Part shown: positions 29,027 through 39,794 of the stretch, in pieces
Numbering within the stretch: the first letter of the stretch is position 1
Layout of the letters: each line of letters begins with the position of its first letter
IMG/VR virus record: IMGVR_UViG_3300029288_000060
Coordinates: 32,001 to 96,000 of that record
Direction: 5' to 3' (one strand)
DNA from: a virus
Taxonomy: Duplodnaviria; Caudoviricetes
Length of the DNA stretch: 64,000 nucleotides
Notes under the pieces: generated by a model
Told to the model about the DNA's origin: nothing
What the model saw: only the letters and a program-made list of their open reading frames with translations
Database searches by the model: none
Program-made: the position numbers and the translations under genes

Positions 29027-29965
29027 ATGAAAATATGTCCTGGAACTAAACCGTATTTAATTTATTTAAACCATAGTAATAAGAAATTTGAAGCCAAATT
29101 AAAAAAAATAATATTAGAAAATATACATAATATTGAAGTTAAAACGTTTAAGGTAAAAAGCGAAATACTTCAAATTGATGATATAATAATGGCGGATTTA
29201 ATTATTACTGATTTACTTTTTTGTGAAAATAGTTTAAATAAATTTCGAAATAATATACATGAGATATATCAAAAACCAATTATAGTTCCATTTTTATTAC
29301 TTACAAAAGGAAATGAGTTTGATTCAGAAAAAATTTCTTTTATTAATGATTTTCCAGATTTGATTTTTGATTTTGTTAATGAAGATTTATTCCATTCATT
29401 TTTATTAATTAATAGAATTAAAGTATTATTAAATATTCCCAGAATAGTAAAAGTGTCAAATGTTAAAGCCGAACATTTACAAATGAACTTATGGAAATTA
29501 TTAGATTATTCTAATTTCTTTGCAATAATTTTAGATAGTAATTTAAAGATTAAAACAATTAATTATCATTTAAGTAAAATACTTGGTTATGGTGATCAAA
29601 GTGCTTTAATAAATGAAGACTGGGTAAAATTTTTAAAACCTACAGAAATAGACGTTATTAAATATGTACATGAACAAATTACAAATAATAATAAAGATTA
29701 TAATGAATTCACAAATGATATAATAGATTCAGATAAAAATATTATTACGGTTAAATGGTTTAATACATTAATTAATCATAATTATAATTGGGTATTTTCT
29801 ATTGGAGTGCCATTAACTAAAGAACCTACTTTAAATGAAGATATAGATAGTATTAGATCATATTTTAGAGATATATTAGAACAAGATAAAACAACAATAA
29901 ATGCTATGAGAGAAGTGGCTAAAAAGAATTCAACTAAATTTTTAAAAGATAATGAAAGGAAATAA
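29027..29965 (+). CDS. receiver(REC)-like plus PAS domain protein
   Basis: Start moved to ATG 29027 (AGGAG RBS); DLIITD + PFLLLT receiver pattern; IILD..KIKTIN...ILGY...W...WFNT PAS pattern. Confidence 0.65.
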   Translation: MKICPGTKPYLIYLNHSNKKFEAKLKKIILENIHNIEVKTFKVKSEILQIDDIIMADLIITDLLFCENSLNKFRNNIHEIYQKPIIVPFLLLTKGNEFDSEKISFINDFPDLIFDFVNEDLFHSFLLINRIKVLLNIPRIVKVSNVKAEHLQMNLWKLLDYSNFFAIILDSNLKIKTINYHLSKILGYGDQSALINEDWVKFLKPTEIDVIKYVHEQITNNNKDYNEFTNDIIDSDKNIITVKWFNTLINHNYNWVFSIGVPLTKEPTLNEDIDSIRSYFRDILEQDKTTINAMREVAKKNSTKFLKDNERK

Positions 29966-30231
29966 TGTATATGTCTAATTTGAATTGTGCTTTTTGTAAT
30001 CCAAAGAAGGTAGATTGGGAAGAATCTGGGTTTTATGGGTATAGGTGCAAAGCATGTCAAGGGCCAACTGCATTTATTTTAAGAAGTGACCACTCAGGTA
30101 ACTTAACAGAGGAAGAGAAAAAACTGGTTGAAAATTTATGCGAAAAACATTATCCAGATTTAAAAATCAAATGGATCTCTGAAAAGAGAAAAAATATGAC
30201 TCATTGGTATGATTTTTTAATACCCAAGTAA
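29965..30231 (+). CDS. small Zn-binding protein
   Basis: CAFC...CKAC...H...HWYD. Confidence 0.55.
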   Translation: MYMSNLNCAFCNPKKVDWEESGFYGYRCKACQGPTAFILRSDHSGNLTEEEKKLVENLCEKHYPDLKIKWISEKRKNMTHWYDFLIPK

Positions 30232-30246
30232 AAGGATAGCTAATTC

Positions 30247-30738
30247 ATGAAACTATACCAAATATATTTAGCAGAAAAAAATACTAAGATACACCCAAAA
30301 TTAAAATCTGGAGCTTCATGGTTTGCAGCAACACCTGCATCTGACGTTGCGTTAGCGGTAGGAATGGGAGGAAAATCATATAGAGCAGGCAAAGCTGCTG
30401 GGCTTGCAGGTAAAACAATTGCAAAAAATGTTACTTTACATACAGCTAAAGGTGCAGCAATAAGTCTCGCTGCGTATGCTGCTTATAGAGTAATTAGATC
30501 TTGGTTTGATAAATGCGAGAAACAATGTGGAAGACTTGAAATAAATACTCCAAAAAGGCAATTATGTAAATTATTATGTAAAAAAGGTTTTTTACAAAAA
30601 TCTATTCAACAATTAAATAAAGAAAAAAATGGAGAAACAGACCCAAAGAAAGTTAATAAAATTAAACAAAAGATTGATAGATTTAATGTTAAATTAATTG
30701 ATACGAATAAAAAGATTGTATTATATAAAAAATTATAA
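30247..30738 (+). CDS. Cys-rich basic virion-type protein, paralog family
   Basis: Hydrophobic helix then YR...FDKCEKQCG...NT.KRQLCKLLCK; matches 33897. Confidence 0.65.
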   Translation: MKLYQIYLAEKNTKIHPKLKSGASWFAATPASDVALAVGMGGKSYRAGKAAGLAGKTIAKNVTLHTAKGAAISLAAYAAYRVIRSWFDKCEKQCGRLEINTPKRQLCKLLCKKGFLQKSIQQLNKEKNGETDPKKVNKIKQKIDRFNVKLIDTNKKIVLYKKL

Positions 30739-30759
30739 CTTTAAAGGAGTTTAAATCAA

Positions 30760-31239
30760 ATGGGACAAGCAACCATTATAGATAGTTTAGCAACAAATAC
30801 TCTTCCTGAATATATAATTGTACAATATCAGGATATAGAAGGAGTGCAAGCAAATTCTGATTCAACTGCATTGATTGAAATTGAATTACTAGGATTATAT
30901 AATACAGAACCTTCATACAGAGAAGCTCCAAGAACAATGTTAACTGGTAAATCATATGCAATAGATTTAGCTGGTATTTCAATTTCTTGCTTGTCTACCA
31001 ATTATGGATTTAGACTATTAAATAGAAATGATATAACTTTAATTAATTCTATTTATGAAGTTATTGCATATACAAATATAAATTTATCAATGAGTGATAA
31101 TTTTTCAAGATTTATAATTAGGAATAGAGATATTGTATTGGATAACAAATTATATTTATACATTTCAAACTCAGGAATAGATACTGGACCAATTAATATA
31201 GAGTTAACTTATTTAAATATTCAAGATAGAGAATTTTAA
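30760..31239 (+). CDS. hypothetical beta-rich structural protein
   Basis: AAGGAG RBS; late operon. Confidence 0.55.
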   Translation: MGQATIIDSLATNTLPEYIIVQYQDIEGVQANSDSTALIEIELLGLYNTEPSYREAPRTMLTGKSYAIDLAGISISCLSTNYGFRLLNRNDITLINSIYEVIAYTNINLSMSDNFSRFIIRNRDIVLDNKLYLYISNSGIDTGPINIELTYLNIQDREF

Positions 31240-31264
31240 ATAGTTTTATTAATATAGGAGAGGT

Positions 31265-33868
31265 ATGAGAATAAAACCAAGATCTCCAGTTTATCCAGGT
31301 GATAATGCAGTTTTTACCTCAGTAGAGTCATCAACTGCAAATATAGATTCTATAACCTTAACTAATCCCTTAGCTATTAATTATGGAGGAACTAATTCTA
31401 AAACAGTAAACTCGGCGCAATCTAATCTATCAATACCAGATATAAGTCATATACATAATACAGGAATAATCGGAGATATAACAATTAGTTTGGTAGGAAA
31501 TGTTATTAATGTTGGTTCTTGTCAGACTTTTATATTTAATAATTCAACTTATATCGGAGTCCCAGAATTATTTACAATTACAGAAAATTCATTTACAATT
31601 CCTTTAAACACAACTAAATATATTGTAATTAATTATAATAGTGGCAATCCGATATATCAAATGGTATCAGATTCTTATGATATAAATGAATCTAATGTCA
31701 TACCAGCTGTAACTGTAATGAATGATGATAATGAATTACATTATCGATCATATGCTTATTGGGGAACAGGTGAATTAAATAAACATAATCAAAGATTAAT
31801 ATATACAAGAAGATTTTTAAGAGAATCAGGATTTTCAATTTCAGAAGAAGCAAATAGAGTTATTATTGTCTCAGCTGGAAGAGTATGGTATGGAATTACT
31901 AGATATACTCTTCCTGAAATTAAAAGTAGTACTTCTAGATTATATTATTGGTATCATGATGAAACCGGAACTTGGATAAATAATGATAGTGATACATTTT
32001 ATGATAATTTACATTATGATAATGCTACATCTGGACTTAAAGATTTAGATGTAGATAAGTATACTGTTAACTGGATTTATAGATTGATTTCAGATGATGA
32101 AGAGTCTGATGAAATTATGTATATACAATCATGTTCTCAATATGATACTCTTGGTGATGCAAGTGACGCAACTATTCCTGCCGCTCCTGAAATGTTATCT
32201 TCTCATTGTTTGTTAGTAGGAAGAATTATTGTTAAAAAAGGTGATGTAGTCGCATCATTAATAGAGAGCGCATTTGACACAACATTTACTGGAAGTCAAA
32301 TTAGTGACCATAATTCATTAACAAATTTACAAGGGGGGAAAGCTTCAGAATATTATCACCTTGAACATACACAACATGATGTTTTAACTGATGGTTCTGA
32401 TGCTGACTCATTACACACACATAATTTAAAAGCTGATAAAGTTGTTGGTGCAACCAATGGTCATTTTGCAAGTTTGGATGCTCTTGGTAATTTAGGTGAT
32501 TCCGGACATAAAGATTCAGATTATGCAGATGCTATTCATACTCATGATGATAGATATTATACAGAATCTGAAAATGATATTTTATTAGCCGGTAAATCCT
32601 CAACTGCTCATTTACATGATGATAGATATTATACAGAATCTGAAACAAACTCATTATTAAACAATAAATTAAATATAGTGCAAAATACTATTAGAGTAAG
32701 CCCAGTTGGTGGAGACTATCAAACATTAAATGAATGTATAACATATCTTAATTCTTTAACAAGTACAGATGGAATAAGAGTTGTTGTAGACGGTGGAACA
32801 TACGATATTGCTTCAACAATTACCATAAATGCCACTATGCCAATTTCAATTGAAGGAAGTGGTATTTCCAATTCTATTTTAAATACTGCTGCTGGTCTTT
32901 TAAATAATAATATGTTTGAAGTTTTGTCTCAAACACATTTTGATAAATTAACTTTTCAGGGAACTGATGCTTGGGTGGCAGGAACAAATGCATCTTTTAT
33001 AAGAATTAATAATAATAATTTATATTGTGAAATTAAAGATTTTATCATGGATAAATGTAAAAAAGGTATTGAAGTTATAAAAGATTCAGAAATATTTGCT
33101 TTTGATTTTATTATTAGTAATGCTACAGTTTCTGGAATTGAAATAAATACTGCTGGAGCTTGTTCTATAGATACAGAAATAGGTAATTTAGAGAATTGCC
33201 AAATAGGAATAAATTTATTACAGTCAAGTTTAGCTAATGTATTTATTGATACTTTAAGATTTATAAACGGTTTAGATAATACTTCAATTATATATACTCC
33301 GGCTAATTTTACATATTATACTTTTACAATTGGTTCTTGTGAATGGAATAATATAGGTACATTTTTGTCTGGTTTTGATTTTACAAATTCAAGAGATGCT
33401 AATATTGAAATAATAAATTGTATTGGTATTGAATCAAAATCACCATTTGCAAAAATTAATTTAGTTGGTAATACTACTGTTACAACATTAAATCAAAATG
33501 TATGGACAAAAGCAGTATATACAAATACATCAATATATGATTGCAAATTCACAATTGCTAATAATAAAATAACTTTTCAACCAGATCATTCAAGAGACCT
33601 TATAATGTATATATCTGGTTCCATTTATATTTCATCAAATGGAACCAGAGAAATTAAATATTCAATTGTTAAAAATGGTGATTCAAGTTCAGTTTATGGA
33701 TTAGGAACTGTAACTGTAGATCAAAATTCTAGAAAATTTACATTTACAACTAATGTTTATTTAGAAAGTGTTGCTAAAAATGATTATTTTGAAATTTGGA
33801 TAATGAACATAACAAACGGTGATGATCCAACAATTTCAGATTTAACATGGACTACAATATCAAGGTAA
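31265..33868 (+). CDS. tail fibre-like protein
   Basis: LAINYGGT, HNSLTNLQGG..EYYHL, two HDDRYYTESE repeats (72-nt spacing at 32543/32615), C-terminal beta-helix. Confidence 0.75.
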   Translation: MRIKPRSPVYPGDNAVFTSVESSTANIDSITLTNPLAINYGGTNSKTVNSAQSNLSIPDISHIHNTGIIGDITISLVGNVINVGSCQTFIFNNSTYIGVPELFTITENSFTIPLNTTKYIVINYNSGNPIYQMVSDSYDINESNVIPAVTVMNDDNELHYRSYAYWGTGELNKHNQRLIYTRRFLRESGFSISEEANRVIIVSAGRVWYGITRYTLPEIKSSTSRLYYWYHDETGTWINNDSDTFYDNLHYDNATSGLKDLDVDKYTVNWIYRLISDDEESDEIMYIQSCSQYDTLGDASDATIPAAPEMLSSHCLLVGRIIVKKGDVVASLIESAFDTTFTGSQISDHNSLTNLQGGKASEYYHLEHTQHDVLTDGSDADSLHTHNLKADKVVGATNGHFASLDALGNLGDSGHKDSDYADAIHTHDDRYYTESENDILLAGKSSTAHLHDDRYYTESETNSLLNNKLNIVQNTIRVSPVGGDYQTLNECITYLNSLTSTDGIRVVVDGGTYDIASTITINATMPISIEGSGISNSILNTAAGLLNNNMFEVLSQTHFDKLTFQGTDAWVAGTNASFIRINNNNLYCEIKDFIMDKCKKGIEVIKDSEIFAFDFIISNATVSGIEINTAGACSIDTEIGNLENCQIGINLLQSSLANVFIDTLRFINGLDNTSIIYTPANFTYYTFTIGSCEWNNIGTFLSGFDFTNSRDANIEIINCIGIESKSPFAKINLVGNTTVTTLNQNVWTKAVYTNTSIYDCKFTIANNKITFQPDHSRDLIMYISGSIYISSNGTREIKYSIVKNGDSSSVYGLGTVTVDQNSRKFTFTTNVYLESVAKNDYFEIWIMNITNGDDPTISDLTWTTISR

Positions 33869-33896
33869 TTTTACAAAAAAGGAGAATAAATAAAAA

Positions 33897-34493
33897 ATGA
33901 AAAAATCAGAATTAAAAATTATGGCAATGGAAACATGTTTCATGTCAGATTTGTCTTCTAAGGATAAAAAGAAACATTTAGATTATATTAAGGAAGCAGA
34001 TACTTATCAATGTATTGGATATATTCTTGATGGTAAATTTTATAATTTAAATGAATCTGGAAAGCAGGAATTAAAGAGAAGATTTGTAAAAGAGCAAACT
34101 GTCAGGAAAACTGTACATAGTGCTATTGGTGCTGTTGCCTCTCTGGGAACATTTGCTATTTATAGAGGATTGAGAGCAATGTTTGATCAATGTACTAAGG
34201 CATGTGGAGTTGTTGGATTAAATACTGTAAAAAGACAATATTGTTTGTTAAATTGTAAAATCAGAGTTAAACAAAGAGAAATATCAGAGGTACAAAAGAT
34301 GATGAGTCAATGTAACCAAACTGGTAATCCTGAAAAGTGTAAACAAGGGTTAATGAAAAAAATGGAGAAGGCTAAAAATCAATTAGCTGGATTAACACAA
34401 CAATTAGCTAAAGCAAAACAGTATATGGTTCAAAAAGGAAAATCAATGGAAAAAGGTGATAATGTTGAACCAGGGAAAACAAAACTAATATAA
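33897..34493 (+). CDS. Cys-rich basic virion-type protein, paralog family
   Basis: YR...FDQCTKACG...NTVKRQYCLLNCK...C...PEKC. Confidence 0.65.
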   Translation: MKKSELKIMAMETCFMSDLSSKDKKKHLDYIKEADTYQCIGYILDGKFYNLNESGKQELKRRFVKEQTVRKTVHSAIGAVASLGTFAIYRGLRAMFDQCTKACGVVGLNTVKRQYCLLNCKIRVKQREISEVQKMMSQCNQTGNPEKCKQGLMKKMEKAKNQLAGLTQQLAKAKQYMVQKGKSMEKGDNVEPGKTKLI

Positions 34494-34494
34494 A

Positions 34495-35175
34495 ATGTTA
34501 ATAAACTGCGAGCAAAGTATTATTGATTATCTAAACAAATATGGATTCTTGTTTGAGAATGATACGTTAATATTATTAGATGATATTAAATTAAATACAA
34601 AAATTGAAAAGATAAAGAGGATTTTTAGAAAAAAGAAAATTGATATAAAGAAAAATCATGAAGAAAAAATAGATAACCTAAAAAACTACGCTAAAGATGT
34701 TGGTGAAGACTTAGGTAAAGATACATTAGATGAATTCACAAAAAAAATTAGAGACAAAAGTAAACGGCTCAGATCTGTATATTTAGCTAGATTAGCAATG
34801 TTAGGAAGAGAAGAAGCTAAAAGAATTGAAAATGTCAGATCTATGTCTAAAAAGGGAGCTGTTTTAGTTTCAGGTTTAAGTTTAGCTGCTATGATTATTC
34901 ATTTATCTTATCAATTGTATAGAGAAGAAAAAAATAAAATAATAAAGTCTTGCTCAGGTAAAGAGGGTAGAGCAAAAGAATCATGTATCAGGGAGAGTAA
35001 AATAAAAGCTATTCAAAAAAGAATTGTTTTTTTAAATAGTTCTACTCTTAAATGTAGATACTCGAAAGACCCTCTTAAATGCAAAGATAAAATCGATGAA
35101 GAGATTTTAGAATTAAGAGAATATTTAAGGAATGAAGGAAGTAAGTTTGGAAAAAAATTAAGGATTGAGTTTTAA
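34495..35175 (+). CDS. Cys-rich basic virion-type protein, paralog family
   Basis: Hydrophobic helix then C...C...KCRYSKDPLKC. Confidence 0.6.
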   Translation: MLINCEQSIIDYLNKYGFLFENDTLILLDDIKLNTKIEKIKRIFRKKKIDIKKNHEEKIDNLKNYAKDVGEDLGKDTLDEFTKKIRDKSKRLRSVYLARLAMLGREEAKRIENVRSMSKKGAVLVSGLSLAAMIIHLSYQLYREEKNKIIKSCSGKEGRAKESCIRESKIKAIQKRIVFLNSSTLKCRYSKDPLKCKDKIDEEILELREYLRNEGSKFGKKLRIEF

Positions 35176-35185
35176 GTATAATCAT

Positions 35186-35224
35186 CTTGGGATTTGATAT
35201 TTTATTTTCAAATCCCAAGTTTTT
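35186..35224 (+). terminator. intrinsic terminator
   Basis: CTTGGGATTTGA/TCAAATCCCAAG plus T-run. Confidence 0.8.
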
Positions 35225-35260
35225 CCGTTGAACTTGAATATTTTATTGAACAAATTAAAA

Positions 35261-35629
35261 ATGAAAGCTAAAGATATAAGGAATTATAGTTTGAATAATA
35301 TCTATCTGGAAGAGTATTTAAAGAAATTAAATAATAATTTAGATAGTTTCCTGTCTAAATATTTAGATGTAATAAAATATGATAAACCAGAAGATATAGA
35401 AAAAGGGTTGTTACGTTTTAAAGAAATTCCAAGAGGAAAAGTATTTTTATTTATTTTACCTAAACAAGAAATATTACATTTTCATACAGTAGGAATGAAA
35501 TTTCCAATTGATATTTATTTTTTTAATTCAAATAAAGAATTAGTATCTTTTTATAAAAATGTTAAATCTGGTATAGAAGATATTAGTTCTAAAAATCCAG
35601 CAAAATATGTAGTAGAGGTACCATGTTAA
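35261..35629 (+). CDS. DUF192-family protein
   Basis: FHTVGMKFPIDIYFF...PAKYVVEV pattern; ATG 35261 preferred over TTG 35228. Confidence 0.7.
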   Translation: MKAKDIRNYSLNNIYLEEYLKKLNNNLDSFLSKYLDVIKYDKPEDIEKGLLRFKEIPRGKVFLFILPKQEILHFHTVGMKFPIDIYFFNSNKELVSFYKNVKSGIEDISSKNPAKYVVEVPC

Positions 35630-36369
35630 ATCAAAATAAAGTATTTCAGATTATAACTGAATTAGAAGATGTTAGTTATAAAACCCCTGAAATAAATAAG
35701 ATGGTTAAAACCAGAGAACGAAATATAGAAAGTTCTAAATTAGTATTAAAGAATGTAGGTATTAATTTAAAAACGTTAGATGACAATTTAAATGATATAG
35801 CAATTAAAATTGTTAGAGGAAAGAATTATAATATTGATAAACAACTAGATATCATGACAGAGGATTTAAAAGAAAAACTAGATAAGATTAATAATAGCAA
35901 ACTTGTAAAAATTGTTATTTTAAATATATTTGTTTATGTTTTTAATTTTATAATTTGGACAATTTTTGAAATTACATTTAAAAGGTTTGGAGTAAAATCA
36001 CCAAAAACATTAGCAACTATTATAACTGGATTTATTGTATCACCCATTACAGATGAGCTTGCAACTAAAATTTCTGAAAAAGGAAAATATGAACAAGGTT
36101 TCTTTTCAAAAGTTGGATCAAAAATTGTAATGGCAATAATACATAAATTATTCTTGATTAGTGGAACAGTAGCTGGAAATCAATTAATAGTATCTTTAGT
36201 TGGTATGGTATTAAATAAATTAAAATGGTTATTTTCAGAAGAATTAGATAATGTTGTAATTGAAAAAATTGTTATGTCAATTAGATCAATTACTTATTAT
36301 TGTTATATAGTAGTTTTTAAGATAATAGAAAAATTGGGAGTATTAATACCAGGTGGCGGAATAAAATAA
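35623..36369 (+). CDS. multi-TM membrane protein
   Basis: Several hydrophobic segments. Confidence 0.55.
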   Translation: MLNQNKVFQIITELEDVSYKTPEINKMVKTRERNIESSKLVLKNVGINLKTLDDNLNDIAIKIVRGKNYNIDKQLDIMTEDLKEKLDKINNSKLVKIVILNIFVYVFNFIIWTIFEITFKRFGVKSPKTLATIITGFIVSPITDELATKISEKGKYEQGFFSKVGSKIVMAIIHKLFLISGTVAGNQLIVSLVGMVLNKLKWLFSEELDNVVIEKIVMSIRSITYYCYIVVFKIIEKLGVLIPGGGIK

Positions 36370-36384
36370 AGAAAGGAATAGCAA

Positions 36385-36945
36385 GTGGACATATTCATTG
36401 AAAAGATTGATGAAATTTTAAAAAGGCACTTAACTCAAAAATCTTTTGATTTATGGGTGGGAATTCGAGAAAAAATAAGCAATAAATGCTGGGAAAAACA
36501 AACTAGTTCTACTGGGAAACATCATCAGAAAGAAGATGGACGAGTACCTTCAGTTTCAGAACACACTTATGAAATGGTCTTTGTGGCGGATAAAATTATT
36601 AGAATGTTTGAAGGTATGTTTAATAAAGATGTAATTTTTCTTTCTTTGGTATTACATGATGCATATAAATATGGATTAGTTAAAACATGTAAACATACTG
36701 AGCAAAGACATGATCAACTTATTGCAGATATAATTAAAAAGAATCAAAAAATATTTACTCAAGCTTTGAGTTTAAATGATACCATTTTATTAGAGGAAAC
36801 TGTTCGTTTTCATACAGGGAAGTGGTCTACTAATGCTCCTGCTGATTTCGACTATTCAAATTATAACCCACTAGTTTTATTTTTAAGTACTTTAGATATG
36901 TTGTCAAGTAGAAATTGTTTAAAAATTATTGAGGATAAAGAATGA
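36385..36945 (+). CDS. HD-domain phosphohydrolase
   Basis: SSTGKHH, H...LHD...H...H...D metal-binding pattern. Confidence 0.8.
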   Translation: MDIFIEKIDEILKRHLTQKSFDLWVGIREKISNKCWEKQTSSTGKHHQKEDGRVPSVSEHTYEMVFVADKIIRMFEGMFNKDVIFLSLVLHDAYKYGLVKTCKHTEQRHDQLIADIIKKNQKIFTQALSLNDTILLEETVRFHTGKWSTNAPADFDYSNYNPLVLFLSTLDMLSSRNCLKIIEDKE

Positions 36946-37541
36946 GTTTATCAGCTACAAAAGTAGTTCCAGATCTTTTATTTTATGCCCAAAACTATGT
37001 TATCAATAGTACGGCAAATAAATTTAAGATTCCTTTTCCGGATACTTTTTCCGTTACTTATTTAGAAGATAACAAATCATTTATTAGATTATTATTTGAT
37101 GAAACCTGGCCTGTAACTTTAACTAGTTATAGACATTTATTTAGAGAACAAACTGATTTAACTAGCGTACCAGAATCTTTAAGAAGAAGAATGATGGTAT
37201 ATCCAAGTAATTCTAAATTTTATATATGTGACTCAGATTCTACTTCAGTTTGTAGCGTAAATATTTTTGGATTAGAACAAGATGATTTCGATATGTTGGA
37301 TAAATTATTACAATACAGAATTGATACTACCTCTTGTGATATAACAACAATTATTTATACTAATTTAACCACCAATCTATCTAAATTAATTTATATTTAT
37401 TTAAAGTTTAAATTAACTAGTGAATATACTTTATTTGATAATACAACCCCATTGTCAGATGATAATAATGTACTTGAAAATTTTTATGAATCATTTATTG
37501 TCGATACTATATTTACTTATTTGAGTTCCTTTGGTACGTAA
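36942..37541 (+). CDS. probable structural (baseplate region) protein
   Basis: Context and composition only. Confidence 0.45.
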   Translation: MSLSATKVVPDLLFYAQNYVINSTANKFKIPFPDTFSVTYLEDNKSFIRLLFDETWPVTLTSYRHLFREQTDLTSVPESLRRRMMVYPSNSKFYICDSDSTSVCSVNIFGLEQDDFDMLDKLLQYRIDTTSCDITTIIYTNLTTNLSKLIYIYLKFKLTSEYTLFDNTTPLSDDNNVLENFYESFIVDTIFTYLSSFGT

Positions 37542-37574
37542 GAATATTTTTCTTTAAAAATAGGAGACAAAAAT

Positions 37575-39332
37575 TTGTTTACAGTAACTGATTTCATTAA
37601 TTTAATGAAATATTTCAAAGGTGAACAAGTAGATGACCTTGATACGAACTTAATCGTTCAAGCTGAGGATTCAAAAGCTAAGTCAACCACTATTTTTAAT
37701 GAAAATATTGATTTAGCATGCCATGCTTCTGATGACTATAAAAGACTAAAAAACTTTTTAATTCCATGGTATGCATCATTAAGAACATTTGTATCAACAA
37801 TGAAAAATGCATCTGATATCAGATCTCTACCAGAAGAACATATAAATGAATTAATAAGAAGTTTTGGTTTTGTTGATAGTTTAGAAGAAATTACTCGTGA
37901 AAATAAAAATGACTTTTTTTATGATTTGGTTAACTTATATAAAATTAAAGGTACACCGGAAGCCCTATTAAGAGTATTAGGATTTTTTGGAATTCCAGAT
38001 ATTGAAATAGCAGAATATTGGTTACAATATGACTCAAATTCAGAGTTAGTTTTTAGACCAGAAACAATCTCAACTACCACAGAAAGTTATAATTTAAAAG
38101 ATATATCTTTTGAAACAATTACTAATCCAGATCCTCATTGGATGTTAAGTAAAGATCAAATTAATCAGTTATTTTTAAATAATAAAATTGCATTTCCATC
38201 TAAAAGTCCTTACTTTGGAATTAGACCTGTTTCACAATTATCAGGAGATGTTATAAATCCTACTATTGCAATTTTATCTAGATTAATTCAAGATCAATAT
38301 TCAGATTATATTTCAGGAAGTCCACCCGATAAAGATATCAGATTAACATTAAAAATTTATGCATCTCTTTTAGATTTGTATTTAGCAGTTTTATATACTT
38401 TTAATCTTATATATGTTAAAACAATTGATTCAACAGATTTATCATTTTTAATTTATAATGGGTCTATGAGTTTAACCAACACTCAGATATATGATTTATA
38501 TGACACTATTACTAAAAGATCAAACTCAACAACAAAAGCAGAATTAGAAGCTAATAGAGTTTTATATTATAATGCATTTACTAGATTAAGATCTACCAAT
38601 TTTATTTCAACTTTTGATACTGCAAAAAATGTTCTTGCTTTAACAAATAGTGACTTAAAAGATCTTATTGATACTTATCATACCGCAGGTAATACAAATG
38701 ATATATTAAAATCCTTGTTAAAAGATCTAAGTAGTTGGATTAAAAATAATATTAGTATTTCTGCTCCAAATTTATTAGTATTAATGTTTGGTTTTTCTTC
38801 TCTTGAATACATTACAAATGTTGTTAAGTTTTTTAAACCATACAGAGCAAGACTTATTTCTGTTGAGCACGTTTATATCATTGATAATCCATTATTAGAT
38901 GCAGAATTAACTTTTGATGTTTTAAAAAGTATTGATATAGAACAAACAATCGTAGATTGGGATACAGCAAATAGTACAGGATGTTGTTGCGCGGATGAAG
39001 ATAACCCAGAACCATGCTTAGATAGTACAGCTTCTATTTATTATTCAAGGGCTACTTATGATTGTGGATCATATTTTGATATTGGAGCTTCTATTGATGA
39101 AGAAGATTATGGTTGTAAAATAGATATAACTCAAGAAGATACTATTATTTATAATTATCATACTGACGATTCGACTGCTTATGTACATACAGAATATACT
39201 GGTGATATAACTGGCGCTACTTATTACGCTTTACAAGATGGCGGTTTCATTGACTTTGATGACGATGGTCTATTTGATGCACCACAAATCTCAGATGTTT
39301 GCGAAATCTATGTTATGCCAGCAGGTCCATAA
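37575..39332 (+). CDS. baseplate wedge-like protein
   Basis: LVNLYKIKGTPEALLRVLGFFG and FFKPYRA motifs typical of myophage wedge proteins; TTG start with AGGAG. Confidence 0.65.
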   Translation: MFTVTDFINLMKYFKGEQVDDLDTNLIVQAEDSKAKSTTIFNENIDLACHASDDYKRLKNFLIPWYASLRTFVSTMKNASDIRSLPEEHINELIRSFGFVDSLEEITRENKNDFFYDLVNLYKIKGTPEALLRVLGFFGIPDIEIAEYWLQYDSNSELVFRPETISTTTESYNLKDISFETITNPDPHWMLSKDQINQLFLNNKIAFPSKSPYFGIRPVSQLSGDVINPTIAILSRLIQDQYSDYISGSPPDKDIRLTLKIYASLLDLYLAVLYTFNLIYVKTIDSTDLSFLIYNGSMSLTNTQIYDLYDTITKRSNSTTKAELEANRVLYYNAFTRLRSTNFISTFDTAKNVLALTNSDLKDLIDTYHTAGNTNDILKSLLKDLSSWIKNNISISAPNLLVLMFGFSSLEYITNVVKFFKPYRARLISVEHVYIIDNPLLDAELTFDVLKSIDIEQTIVDWDTANSTGCCCADEDNPEPCLDSTASIYYSRATYDCGSYFDIGASIDEEDYGCKIDITQEDTIIYNYHTDDSTAYVHTEYTGDITGATYYALQDGGFIDFDDDGLFDAPQISDVCEIYVMPAGP

Positions 39333-39352
39333 AAATATTTTTTTAAACAAAA

Positions 39353-39396
39353 AAATAACAGGGATGAGTGTATCTTAAAACTCATCCCTGTTATTT
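39353..39396. terminator. bidirectional terminator at strand switch
   Basis: 17-bp inverted repeat AAATAACAGGGATGAGT/ACTCATCCCTGTTATTT. Confidence 0.85.
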
Positions 39397-39400
39397 CCGT

Positions 39401-39793
39401 TTACATGGTATCATTTTGATAGATAAAATCCACAGGATCTTTAATATTGATATTATATGTCATTGTTTTTATCGCTGTCGACATATCTGGCTTTACCAAA
39501 ATTGGACAAATGAACACGGTAACTTTTCCAGTCCTTTTTTGAAGAGAAAGATCCGTAGCTAGAGCAAGCATTCGCGGAGGATATATTGTTCCACTTATCA
39601 TTTTAGATTCTCTTGTAAAATCAGTGGATTGTAATATTTTCTCAGCTTTTTCTAGCTTGTCAAACATTATTGCATTTTGAAAAGTTGAAGTCCAATATGA
39701 AACACCTCCGGAAGGATAATCAATTGCGAAGTATTTAACTGCGCCGGCATCGTTTTCACACATCAATACATATTTAATATTTCCGTTGTCCAT
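39401..39793 (-). CDS. hypothetical protein
   Basis: AGGAGG RBS. Confidence 0.6.
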   Translation of the reverse strand: MDNGNIKYVLMCENDAGAVKYFAIDYPSGGVSYWTSTFQNAIMFDKLEKAEKILQSTDFTRESKMISGTIYPPRMLALATDLSLQKRTGKVTVFICPILVKPDMSTAIKTMTYNINIKDPVDFIYQNDTM

Positions 39794-39794
39794 T

